A DNA stretch of 64,000 nt from Octopus sinensis (taxonomy: Eukaryota). Under the pieces are notes generated by a model that did not search any database, had not been told where the DNA came from, and worked only from the letters and a program-made list of their open reading frames with translations. Positions 1 to 9,766 of the stretch are shown here, piece after piece. The stretch spans positions 12,214,001 to 12,278,000 of the forward strand of contig NC_043021.1 in assembly GCF_006345805.1 (NCBI RefSeq), given 5' to 3'. Every line of letters starts with the position of its first letter. Positions within the stretch are counted from its first letter, which is position 1. A program made the translations under genes and the position numbers.

Positions 1-175
1 TGCTTAGCAGCATGTCATCCATCTGAACATTTTGAGTTCATATTCCGCTGATGTCGACTTTGTCTTTAATCCTTTTGAGGTTGACAAAATAAGTACCACT
101 TGAGCACTGGAATCGATGTAATCAACTTACTCCCTCCTTCAGAATTACTGGCCTTATGCCAAAATTTGAAACAAT
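1..175 (+). mobile_element. tRNA-derived SINE family A, cut by the window edge
   Basis: Matches the recurring body gagttcaaattccgccgaggtcgactttgcc...agtaccagttgagcactgg. Confidence 0.75.
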
Positions 176-269
176 CGTTGTTGTTGTTATGATCATTGTA
201 GTCATTTAATTGGTTATATAAGAGTAATTCTAATGTTGTTTTTGTCTGTTTATTCCACTAATATCTTAG

Positions 270-445
270 TTGACTTTGATATGACTCCTGAGAAAGTTGA
301 AGACACACCTGAAGACGGAGAGGAGAAGAAAGAGGAAACTTCTGATGAAGAACAAGCCTGGTTGGATGCTCTGGAGGCTGGTGAACTGGATGATTTTGGT
401 GAGATCCGCAAACCTAAAGATCCAAACTTGTTGACAGCGAGACAG
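270..445 (+). CDS. INO80B: INO80 complex subunit B, first coding exon inside the window (5' exons lie upstream)
   Basis: Acceptor atcttAG (268-269), donor CAG/GTgagt (446). Translates DFDMTPEKVEDT...EEQAWLDALEAGELDDFGEIRKPKDPNLLTARQ, matching the recalled INO80B motif WLDALEKGELDD...LLTARQ. Phase 1 start, phase 0 end. Confidence 0.93.
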
Positions 446-975
446 GTGAGTCAAGGAAACTATTTTTTCTTGTTGTTTTTCTTTTTTTTTACTACAACGT
501 TTTGTTTACTTCTCTTTCGGAATTGTAGTTGATATTACATTTTTGCCAATTCTACACTTTCTCTCTCTCTTTCTCTTGAAATATATGGTGGGGTTGTGTG
601 TGCATGTGCATGCATGCGTGTGTGTATGTTTGTGCACACATGCACATGTGTCTGTATTGTCATCATCAGAGGAAAGTGGAAGGGGAGGGGCAATGGGCCA
701 CAAACCCTGGAGCAAATGGTGTGCTCAGCTACACCCTGCAGTGATGACAGTGACAGCGTTGCTGCAGAGAATGGCCAGCGGCACTCACTGCTGCAGCCGC
801 TCCATCTTGCAGGTCCCATAATTCAACATTGAATCAGTGACGCCAAACCAGTCGTAACCATTATCTGTTCGGTATGTGTGTGTGTGTGGGGGGGAGTGTT
901 TCTGTGTGTTTGTGAGAGTGTGTCTTTTCTACATTAATACTTTGAACTTATTGACCCTTTTCTTTTAACCAACAG

Positions 976-1027
976 AGGGCATTGCTGCATGGAAAACAAG
1001 AACAAGAACTTCTAGAGTTGCCATCAG
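976..1027 (+). CDS. INO80B: INO80B coding exon
   Basis: Acceptor ccaacAG (974-975), donor G/GTaaac (1028). RALLHGKQEQELLELPS(G) continues the LLTARQ-RALL motif in frame. Phase 0 to 1. Confidence 0.9.
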
Positions 1028-1744
1028 GTAAACACACTTAACCTTATTCGCTGGTGTATAACTTGCACCTTTTCTCATTTAAAAAAACATTTTAGAGGAA
1101 ACCCCTGTGTGTTATATACAAAGTTACTTTTTTATGTAAAAGAGTAAAACACTCCTTTCAGTTACAAATGACTATGGGATTGCACCTAGAAAGTTCCCCT
1201 CCGAGGCATAAGTCTGAGCAAGGTTGTTTATGGAAGACCAACAGTTGCTCATGCGTGCCAGTCTCCTCTCTCCACACCACTGATGTTGTCCAAGGGAAAG
1301 GCAAAGGCCAATACAACTTGATACCAGTGACACTGCGACTCATTTTTACAGCTGAGTCAACTGAAGGAAGGGGAAATAAAGTGTCTTGCTCAAGAACACA
1401 ACATACAGCTTGGTCCAGAGATTGAACTCACTACTTCGTGATTATAAGCCTGATACTCAAACCACTGAACCATGTGCTTTCACATACCTCTGGGCTTCTT
1501 GACATGTTGTGTGACTGATCAAAAAGGAAGAGCTTGCTTACACGGTGTCGTTTGTTTCTTGTTTCCCCATGTAAACCCCTCCGAATTTCCCAAACATGTT
1601 TGTTGTTTGATTAGACCAAGGGATTATTACCTTACTGGAATAGAAATGGGTGTTAGTGACAAGAAAGACATCTGGATATAGAAAAATCTACCTCAACATA
1701 CCCTTATCTGACCCATGCTAGCCTGGAAAAATAGATGTTAAAAT

Positions 1745-2315
1745 GATGGTGTGGCTGTGTGGAGGTACTGGCATGGGTAAGAATTTCGCTTCCCAACTAC
1801 ATGATTCTAGGTTCAGTCTCCCTCCATGGTACCTTGGGCAAGAATATTCTACTATAGCCTTGGGCCATTTATGAGTGGATTTGATAGGTGGAGACTGAAA
1901 GAAGCCTGTTGTGTGTGTGTGTTTGTCCCGCACCACTGCTTCACAACCGGTGTTGGTATGTGTGTGTCTCTGTAACTTAGCAGCTCAGCAAAAGAGACTG
2001 ATTGAATAAGTACTAGGTTTTAAAAAAATAAGTCCTAGCATTGATTTGTTTCAATAAAACCCTTCATGATGGTGCCCCAGTATGACCACAGTCAAATGAC
2101 TGAAACAAGTAAAATATAAAAGATATACGTGTGTGTATGTGTGTCCCGCCACTGCTTGACAACCAGTGTTGGTTTGTTTACATCCAGTAACTTAGCACTT
2201 CAGCAAAAGTGACTGATAAAATAAGTACCAGACTTAAAAAGTTAGTACTGGGGTTGATCTGTTCGATTAAAATTCTTCAAAATGGCTGAAGACTGAAGCA
2301 AGTAACTGATAAAAG
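1745..2315 (+). mobile_element. SINE family B, degenerate copy plus an extra 3' half
   Basis: ccttgggcaag core, gaaactgaaagaagcc, (TG)n spacer, gtaacttagc...gtcaaatgactgaaacaagtaaaa tail. Confidence 0.7.
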
Positions 2316-2426
2316 ATCTATATATATATATAATATATATATATATATCTGTCTGTCTATTTATCTACTTATCTATATACATGTGTGTGTGTGTAATCTT
2401 AGTATATTCTGTGTATGTGTTTGTAG

Positions 2427-2527
2427 GTTACAAAACTGTGGAACTTACAGAAGAACAAATACAGAGGCGCCAACAACGAGCTAAAAAACGACGGCTACAA
2501 GCACAAGAAAAGAGAGAGAAGGACAAG
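2427..2527 (+). CDS. INO80B: INO80B coding exon
   Basis: Acceptor ttgtAG (2425-2426), donor AAG/GTaagg (2528). (G)YKTVELTEEQIQRRQQRAKKRRLQAQEKREKDK matches LTEE..KR.ERARKRRLQA. Phase 1 to 0. Confidence 0.93.
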
Positions 2528-3644
2528 GTAAGGAAAATAACTTTACGGGTTGGTTGTTCTTGCTGTGTATTAATTAAGCTGCCTTCTTGTCTTTAGTTAG
2601 CTCTGCACAAGCTGACGTATTGGATTGCAGCTAAGTTCACTGCCATCAATTCATCACAGGTGAATTCACTGTGAAGAAAGTTCATGGTGAGGAAAGTTTA
2701 CCGAGAAAATATATCCATAGTATTTCACCATTAATGTGGTTGGATAGCCAAACTTGCAGGCGAGCCAAGAAGTTGAGCCTACCACTGGACTAAGACCAGT
2801 AGAGCAAGCCATTGTCACATGGTGGTCTACGCAGTGGGGGTAGTATTAGGTGTGAAATGTCCAGGTTACTGTCCACCTTAACTTGATGCACCTCCACACT
2901 ATAACAGAACTTGGTTAGCATAGGCCTCTCTACTGGTTTCATCTTTTGATGGTTTAACTCTCTGGGGACACCCAGGCTGATTGATCGACCCAAGTGATAC
3001 AAGCTGACAGGACATCGAGGCCAATCCATCAGCCAGATGAAACAAATGTTGTGAATGGTTGGTTTTGAAATGCAATAGCTAATCAGAGATCGTCTTTCAG
3101 TATATGTATCTCAATAGAAAAAAATTTTGGCATTTTTGGCTACACATACCAAAACACTGCGTCTCTCAAAAGGGGTTAAACATAGGAAAACAACCACATC
3201 AGTCACTATTTTGGTGTATTCATGTGTTTTGTTTGTTTGCCTGGTGTCTAAATGGTGGAGCAGGAATAGAGTTAATGTGTTTTTTTTTAGGCTGGCGTTG
3301 CTATACAAGTTTGTTACGTGGCTGAGTTTTCTAAATAAATACATTGTTGCGCATTTTTCGACATTGATCGATCTGTTGATATTGTTGCTAGTAGAAAGTT
3401 GGCATGGTTCCAGGTCAGAATTACAGCTGAACTACACAAAACGAATCGTGACTTGTGATGTGAATACATAGCTGAGCAGTTAGTTGTACTGAAAATGTGT
3501 GTGCATGTATGTGTACATTTGTGTATATACATTTACATACACACACACACACACACATATATGATTGTTAAACAGGACATCAAACATTAAGGCAAGATAA
3601 ACATCTCAAGTCATATGCAATATTATTACAGGAAGAAATTCAAA

Positions 3645-3700
3645 ATCGTACAGCTGTTTCTGGGTTAGCCTCAAGTATGGGATATTCCGTCATCAGAGAC
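3645..3700 (-). ncRNA. Degenerate type I hammerhead-ribozyme motif
   Basis: gtct CUGAUGA cgg..cca GAAA CAGCUG UA cgat: intact core and palindromic stem III, with mismatches in stems I and II. Confidence 0.5.
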
Positions 3701-3850
3701 AAATTGGTGGGGGAAAAAAATGGAAAAAATAAATAAATAAAATATTAGGGAAAAAATATATATAGATATGTGTGCATACATATATATATATGTATACACA
3801 CACACATATGGTGATGATGATAAAAAAGAACTTGCTACGGAGGAAACACA

Positions 3851-4247
3851 GGTGCAGGAGTGGCTGTGTGGTAAGTAGCTTGCTTACCAACCACATGGTC
3901 CCGGGTTCAGTCCCGCTGCGTGGCACCTTGGGCAAGTGTCTTCTACTATAGCCTCAGGCCGACCAAAGTCTTGTGAGTGGATTTGGTAAACAGAAACTGA
4001 AAGAAGCCCATCGTATATATATATATGTATGTGCATGTATATCTTTGTGTGTCTGTGTTTGTCCACCAACATCGCTTGACAACTGATGCTGGTGTGTTTA
4101 TGTCCCCGTAACTTAGCGGTTCAGCAAAAGAGACTGATAGAATAAGTACTAGGCTTACAAAGAATAAGTCCTGGGTTCGATTTGCTTGACTAAAAGCAGT
4201 GCTCCAGCATGGCCATAGTCAAATGACTGAAACAAGTAAAGAAAAGA
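3851..4247 (+). mobile_element. SINE family B, full length (tRNA-like head, CORE-like ccttgggcaag box, internal microsatellite)
   Basis: ggtgcaggagtggctgtgtggtaag...gggttcagtccc head; near-identical copies at 10611, 48332, 61241 and 63046. Confidence 0.88.
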
Positions 4248-4320
4248 ATACATACAAGCCCTCACATATACATGTGTACACACACACGCACACTGTATGT
4301 ACATGCAGCCACACACACAA

Positions 4321-4475
4321 CAGGCTTCTTTCACTTTTCATTTGCCGAATCCACTTGCAAGACTCTGATCAGTCCAGGTCTATAGTTGAAGACACTTACC
4401 CAAGTTGTCACACAGTGGAATTGAACCTGAAACCATGTGGTTTGAAAGCGAACGTCTTTAACCACACAGCCATGC
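4321..4475 (-). mobile_element. SINE family B, 5' half
   Basis: Reverse complement of the head through gaaagaagcctg. Confidence 0.75.
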
Positions 4476-4599
4476 CTAAAAATAGTTATATTCTAAAATT
4501 ATCATGCAAGCCATTTTTCTTTTTTACTTTTTTTTTTACCTATAAAGCCTTCCTGTTGTTGATGGTGCTAAAAAAGATTCCTTATGATGACAATCATCA

Positions 4600-4885
4600 T
4601 CATCATCATCGTTTAGCATCTGCTTTCCATGCTAGCATGGGTTGGATGGTTCAACTGGGGTCTGGGAAGCCAGAAGGCTGCACCAGGCCCAGTCTAATCT
4701 GGCAATGTTTCTACGGCTGGATGCCCTTCCTAACACCAAACACTCCATGAGTGTAGTGGGTGCTTTTTACGTGCCAGAGAAGGCTGGCAAACGGTCACGA
4801 TCAGATGGTGCTTTTTACATGCCACCGGCATGGAGGCCAGGCGAGGCTGGCAATGGTCACGATCGGATGGTGCTTTTTATGTGAC
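4600..4885 (-). mobile_element. RTE-like non-autonomous retroposon (family E)
   Basis: Minus strand ends acccatgctagcatggaaagc...aaacgatgatgatg. Further copies at 12322-12545 and 12835-13146; tail-only pieces near 1700, 6470, 9530, 57440 and 61060. Confidence 0.7.
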
Positions 4886-4899
4886 AATGTTGTTAATAT

Positions 4900-5122
4900 A
4901 AATAATAATTCTTTCTACTACAAGCAAAAGGCCTGAAATTTGGGGGAGGATACTAGTCAATTACATCAACCCCCAGTGTTTCACTGGTACTTGATTTATC
5001 GACCCTGAAAGGATGAAAGGTAAAGTTGGCCTCGGCGCATTTTGAACTCAGAACGTAGCGGTGGGTGAAATACTGCTAAGCATTTCGTCTGGCGCACTAA
5101 CGATTCTGCCAGCTCGCCGCCT
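4900..5122 (-). mobile_element. SINE family A, full length
   Basis: A-box-like head ggcgagctggcagaatcgttag, B-box gagttcaaa, (ATT)n tail. Confidence 0.85.
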
Positions 5123-5206
5123 TGTTAATATAAATTATAATGTTGAGTGTTGTTATTGATGATGACAATGATGATAAAATTTTTCCCATTCTGTCTTTCT
5201 TCACAG

Positions 5207-5263
5207 AAACAAACCCTTGAAAGATTATTAAAGAAACAGGAAACAAAAACCAAAGCACCAAAG
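5207..5263 (+). CDS. INO80B: INO80B coding exon
   Basis: Polypyrimidine tract plus cacAG (5205-5206), donor AAG/GTaggt (5264). KQTLERLLKKQETKTKAPK matches the QTIERL motif. Phase 0 to 0. Confidence 0.9.
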
Positions 5264-5961
5264 GTAGGTGATTCGATTCTTCTGGTTTGCTTCTGGACAT
5301 TATCACATTTGGTGTTGAATGAAACAGCATCAGAAGACATCCTTAGGCTTTTTTAGGTTTTCTTTCCAGAGCCAGGAAGTTCTTGAGCTCCTTGTTAGCT
5401 GTTGACGTTCTGTTCTTCTCAAGTGTGGCCCACACCTGAGTACTGCTTATGTGACTGGGTTAGTATTGCTACACACACACACGTGGTCATAGACATGCAC
5501 AGTCATAAAGATACACACACACACACGCACGCATGCACAATATCACAGACATACAGACACTTAAGCATAGACACACACACACATACACAGACATTTACTC
5601 ATGCACGTAGACATACACATACACCTGCATAGACATATGTACGCACTTAAACATATATCTGCACATAAACACACGAATAGACATACACGCACACACATTC
5701 ACATATATGCACTCACACAGACATACTCATGCATTAACATACATACACGTCCACATAGGTACACACATACACACACACATTCCAAAGATTTAGGGTTTTA
5801 TTTTTCTTTCAAACACTCATATAGCAGCAACAACCTTGGTCTATATGTGTTTCTTGGAAAATTGTTTGTTGCTTGTGCTTATGTCCTAGATCCAGCTGGT
5901 CGTCATGTGAACTATTCCCCAGAAATGATCTGACTTATTTAACACTGGGTTATTCTATACA

Positions 5962-6270
5962 TACGAGGTGGTATCAAAAAGCTCCTGGACTAGTTCCGTA
6001 GCGCATGCCAACAGATGGCAGCACATGTTTGTGTGCGCAGTGCGAGCTAGTTGTGCTGAATGACATCGCTGTGTTTATTTCACAAGTTGGGAAATTTGTG
6101 TTTTTGTGATCACATGCATACTGTAGTCTGCGAATTTTGTCATGAACAGGAAGTTGGAAGCAAAAGCCAACGTGAAATTCTGCGTTAAACTTGGGAAGTC
6201 TGCTACAGAGACATTGAGCATGCTTCCGTAAGCTTACAGCGAGAAGGCAATGAATTGTACACAATATTCA
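5962..6270 (+). mobile_element. Mariner relic: left TIR plus transposase N-terminus
   Basis: TIR tacgaggtggtatcaaaaagctcctggactagtt; ANVKFCVKLGKSATETLSML. Confidence 0.8.
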
Positions 6271-6274
6271 AGTA

Positions 6275-6465
6275 GTGGCGGTGCAATGGCCCAGTGGTTA
6301 GGGCAGCAGACTCGCGGTCGGAGGATCGTGGTTTCGATTCCCAGACCAGGTGTTGTGTGCGTTTATTGAGCGAAAACACCTAAAGCTCCACTAAGCTCCG
6401 GCAGGGGGTGGTGGCGATCCCTGCTGTACTCTTTCGCCACAACTTTATCTCACTCACTCTTCCAA
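6275..6465 (+). mobile_element. SINE family C (tRNA-Arg-like head), partial
   Basis: gcaatggcccagtggttagggcagcagactcgcgg...gtttcgattcccagacc; a longer copy lies at 43641. Confidence 0.8.
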
Positions 6466-6631
6466 AAAAGCTAGCATGGAAAGCGGATGTTAAATGATGA
6501 TGGTGGCGGCGACGACACAAATCATTTTTGCAGATCGTTCAGCAAAAGCCGAATGCTCACACGTCGTCCATCATTTTGGCAGTAATGAAGAATAGTAGTA
6601 TGATTTTATTTTTTTCGTTTAATAATTTCAG

Positions 6632-6750
6632 TTTAAAACCAACAAGCGGACTGACATTGCACGATACAGCTATGTGAATGGAGTATCTGGTATTTTCATT
6701 TCCGTACCAGCAGGATTTGATTTTCCACTGAGATCTAAAACACGAACTGA
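6632..6750 (+). CDS. INO80B: INO80B coding exon (PAPA-1-like region)
   Basis: Acceptor tttcAG (6630-6631), donor GA/GTaagt (6751). FKTNKRTDIARYSYVNGVSGIFISVPAGFDFPLRSKTRT. Phase 0 to 2. Not in the supplied ORF track. Confidence 0.88.
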
Positions 6751-6904
6751 GTAAGTATTCACACTATTTACTGTATTGGTTTCTGCTTGTTTACTAGATC
6801 TTCCTCAAATCGCACCCTTCTCTCTGAAGGAAAACACAAATGAAATAATGTAGTCCTAGACATACTCCTAAAAAGATAGGGTTAGTGTTGGTCATGGCCT
6901 TTGA

Positions 6905-7100
6905 TTGGTTGCTTTTTTTACATTATTGGAGCGAAAAGGATTAAGATATTTTCAGTTACGTAAAGGTCCTAATAAAGTAGGTTTAATAGGATTACCTCAA
7001 CCTTTATCAGATGCAATTAAATTATTTAGAAAAGAGTATATTAAGCCTACCTTAGTTAATTATTTTCCCTTTTTAGTTTGTCCATTTTTAAGTTTATTTT
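6905..7100 (+). pseudogene. ND1: NUMT: fragment of mitochondrial NADH dehydrogenase subunit 1 in the last INO80B intron
   Basis: About 65 uninterrupted codons, [64 protein letters not shown] in the invertebrate mitochondrial code, containing the ND1 hallmark ERK...[21 protein letters not shown] and ATA codons fit Ser and Met. Confidence 0.93.
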
Positions 7101-7184
7101 TTGTGATAATTTTCATCTGCCCGATGAAAATCATCACAGGTGAACTTTGTCAGGATTAACTTCAGACTAAAACATTCTATGAGT

Positions 7185-7440
7185 GGAGGTGCGTGGCTTA
7201 GTGGTTAGGTTGTCAGCATCATGATTGTAAGATTGTGGTTTTGATTCCTGGACCAGGCAACGCGTTGTGTTCTTGAGCAAAACCCTTCATTTCATGTTGC
7301 TCCAGTTCACTCAGCTGCCAAAAATGAGTAATGCTGCGATGGACTGGCGCCCCATCCAGCTGGGGAACACATACGCCATTGAAACCAGGAAACTGGGCTC
7401 ATGAGCCTGGCTAGGCTTTAAAAGGGCGCATTTATTATTA
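7185..7440 (+). mobile_element. SINE family D
   Basis: ggaggtgcgtggcttagtggttagg head, gtgttcttgagcaaaac core. Related heads at 1235-1450 (minus), 25380-25500 (minus), 45058 and 58780. Confidence 0.75.
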
Positions 7441-7662
7441 TTTTTTATTTAAAACACTCTATGCTGTAAAAACCATGCCAAAGCTGATGTAGAACCCGAC
7501 AGAACCCTCCGACTCATCTGTTCTTGTCAAACCATCCAACCCATTCCAGTATGAATATAGGAACATTAAATGATGATGATGATGACAACAACAACAACAA
7601 CAACAACGAAGAAGAGCTCAGTATTTGATACTGTTCTTAAATGTTCTCATTGTTTCTTTCAG

Positions 7663-7798
7663 CCGTCCCAAAACTGTGTTGTGTGGAGTACGGCATTGTA
7701 ACAAAGTTCGGAAATATTCATGCTCTAAGACCGGTGTTCCACTATGCAGTTTACAGTGTTATAAGAAAAATTTACAGTTACATAAAGTTGCTTCATAA
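7663..7798 (+). CDS. INO80B: INO80B terminal coding exon (zf-HIT-type zinc finger), stop TAA 7796-7798
   Basis: Acceptor tttctttcAG (7661-7662). Phase 2 gives (D)RPKTVLCGVRHCNKVRKYSCSKTGVPLCSLQCYKKNLQLHKVAS*, matching the INO80B C-terminus C..GC...RY.CS.TG..LCSLQCY. Confidence 0.93.
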
Positions 7799-7824
7799 CA
7801 CGAGGCGATGTGAGTTTCTTTGAA

Positions 7825-7830
7825 AATAAA
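7825..7830 (+). terminator. Probable polyadenylation signal of INO80B
   Basis: AATAAA 27 nt after the stop codon, followed by T- and GT-rich sequence (7831-7920). Confidence 0.55.
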
Positions 7831-8119
7831 TTTTACTTTTATATATAAAAAAAAGTTTTGTTTTTTGTTTTGTTTGTTCTTTTGTGGTTTTCTTTAATAT
7901 ATTTACAGTTTTGTTGTTGTTGAAGTATTTACTAACAGCTTTTTTACATTCTAAGTTCAAATCCCATTGATTTTCTTTCAAGTTTGATAAAATAAGGTAC
8001 CAGTCAAGAACTGGGGTTGATTAATTCCCCTCCCCTCAAAATTGATGGTCTTACACCTATATCAGAAACTGATGTTGTTGTAACTACTACTACTACTACT
8101 ACTACTGCTGCTGTTGTTG

Positions 8120-8620
8120 TTGTTGAGTGAGAGAGCAGCACATGCCATCAAAGTGACACTAGGGTACAAAAATATGAAGCCCAGTATACCCATCATGACT
8201 ACCTGTGTGTGACATGGTGATCTCATATCAAGATATACAGTACACAACCTTGCAGGTGGGGCCCAGTTACAATTTTCTTTAGGTCAAGTAGCCCATCCTG
8301 CTCAAAAGGTCCCTGAATAAGGGCTGTTTAAGGATGTTTCCTGAGGGGAATTATTCAAACCCCAAAGAATTCCTCTCAGCACATGGCTATGATGCTCCCC
8401 CACTATTTCTGCTCGTGATCAGAGATGCACATATCATCAGCCACTAAGGGACATGTTCAGCTGGTTAAGGGCAAACAACTTACAAGCAAATCTGTGGTAT
8501 TGAGCAGAATATTTGCTGTTGCCCATCTTTTATATCAAGACAGAACAATGTACACGAAAACACTTCCTACCAGTTAAGATCAGAAACCATGAGAGCCACT
8601 GCCAAGTACTGCATCAGATT
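8120..8620 (-). mobile_element. Unclassified dispersed retroposon-like repeat (family F)
   Basis: A second partial copy at 46200-46430 shares cagccactaagggacatgctcag...gtggtattgagcagaatatttgct; the minus strand ends in an (AAC/AGT)n tail. Confidence 0.55.
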
Positions 8621-8636
8621 ATTATTATTATTACTA

Positions 8637-9130
8637 AGGTGTCAAACTGGCAGAATTGTTCGCATGTCAGGTGAAATGCTTTGTGGTATTTCGTCTACCA
8701 CTATGTTCTGACTTCAAATGCTGGCATGATCAACTTTGCCTTTCATCCTTTCAGGGTTGATAAATTAAGAACCAGTCAAGTGCTGAGGTCGATGAAATCG
8801 GCTAGTCCCCTTCCCCACAAATACCAGGCCTTGTTCCTATAGTAGAAAGGATTATTATTATTATCATTATTATCATCATCATCGAACAAACATTGGAGCA
8901 AGATGCAGCCCCCAAGCTAGCAGAATCATTGGTATGCCGGACAAAATGCTAAGTAGTATTTTAGCCACTTTTATGTTCTGAGTTTCAATTCCACCAAGGT
9001 CAATTTTGCCTTTCAACCTTTCGATGTTGAAGAGATAAATACCAGTTGAGCACTGGGATTGATATAGTTGACTTACCCCTTCCCTCCAAAATTTCATGCC
9101 TTGTGTCTATAGTAAAAAAGATTATCATTA
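8637..9130 (+). mobile_element. Two tandem SINE family A copies (8637-8860, 8905-9130)
   Basis: Same head and body as the other copies; each ends in (ATT)n. Confidence 0.8.
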
Positions 9131-9134
9131 TTAT

Positions 9135-9208
9135 TCAGGTTACTGCCTGGAATTGAACTCGGAATCTTGGGGTTAGTAGCCCGTACTCTTAACCACTACG
9201 CCATATGC
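9135..9208 (-). mobile_element. Short tRNA-like SINE head
   Basis: Minus strand reads gggcatatggcgtagtggttaagag...ccgagttcaattccaggc (A and B boxes) and runs into an (AAT)n tail. Confidence 0.6.
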
Positions 9209-9244
9209 CCATAAAATGACTTTGCTATGTTTTGTGTTACAACA

Positions 9245-9420
9245 AGTAGGTGAAAGACAACAGTATCTGAACATGGTGAAAAATCAGGAGCTCGTCCATT
9301 ATGGTCATATTTGAAGAAGCAAAGGTCTGGGAAAATGTTATCATGGAAGGAAGAGTAGAGGGCTGGCAGAGAAGGCAATGAATGGGTGATTTACAGAGCT
9401 GGTTGGATAAGAGTGACCAG
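9245..9420 (+). pseudogene. Possible decayed C-terminal fragment of an RTE-like LINE ORF2
   Basis: Frame-shifted resemblance to ..YGHI.R....E.VIMEGRVEG.. Confidence 0.4.
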
Positions 9421-9766
9421 GCAGCTGGAGAATTGATGCGTTCATTGTAGTGTTATCAATGCCCTACAGGAGTACTGTATATGATATTGATGCTTAAGAT
9501 AACATTTTGTATTATAAGAACATACATCATCATCATCATTTAATGTCCACTTCTCTGTGCTTGCATGGGTTCAGATGGAGTTTATTCGAGGGAGGTTTTC
9601 TATGATTGCACAATAGATTGTGCTGCTGTGTGTACTAGATAACTAGTGATGAGATAAATGTAAGAACCTCTGCACCGTGTAAAAACATGATGATGATAAA
9701 TGGTATTACATGCATTCCTCAAGAATAACATGAGATCAGAAATCTTCATACATGTGTGTGTGTGTG

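Noticed and set aside
233-532. ORF 233-532 as a complete 99 aa protein
   Set aside because: Only 270-445 is exonic; both ends run into intron sequence.
2580-3480. Unique-looking intronic ORFs (2790-3029, 3104-3532) as nested genes
   Set aside because: No recognisable motifs or splice support; probably decayed repeats.
6905-7159. Functional ND1 gene
   Set aside because: An internal fragment only, embedded in a nuclear intron with no neighbouring mitochondrial genes or tRNAs.
9135-9208. tRNA gene
   Set aside because: Poor acceptor and anticodon stem pairing, an atypical ACT triplet, and an (AAT)n tail typical of a SINE.
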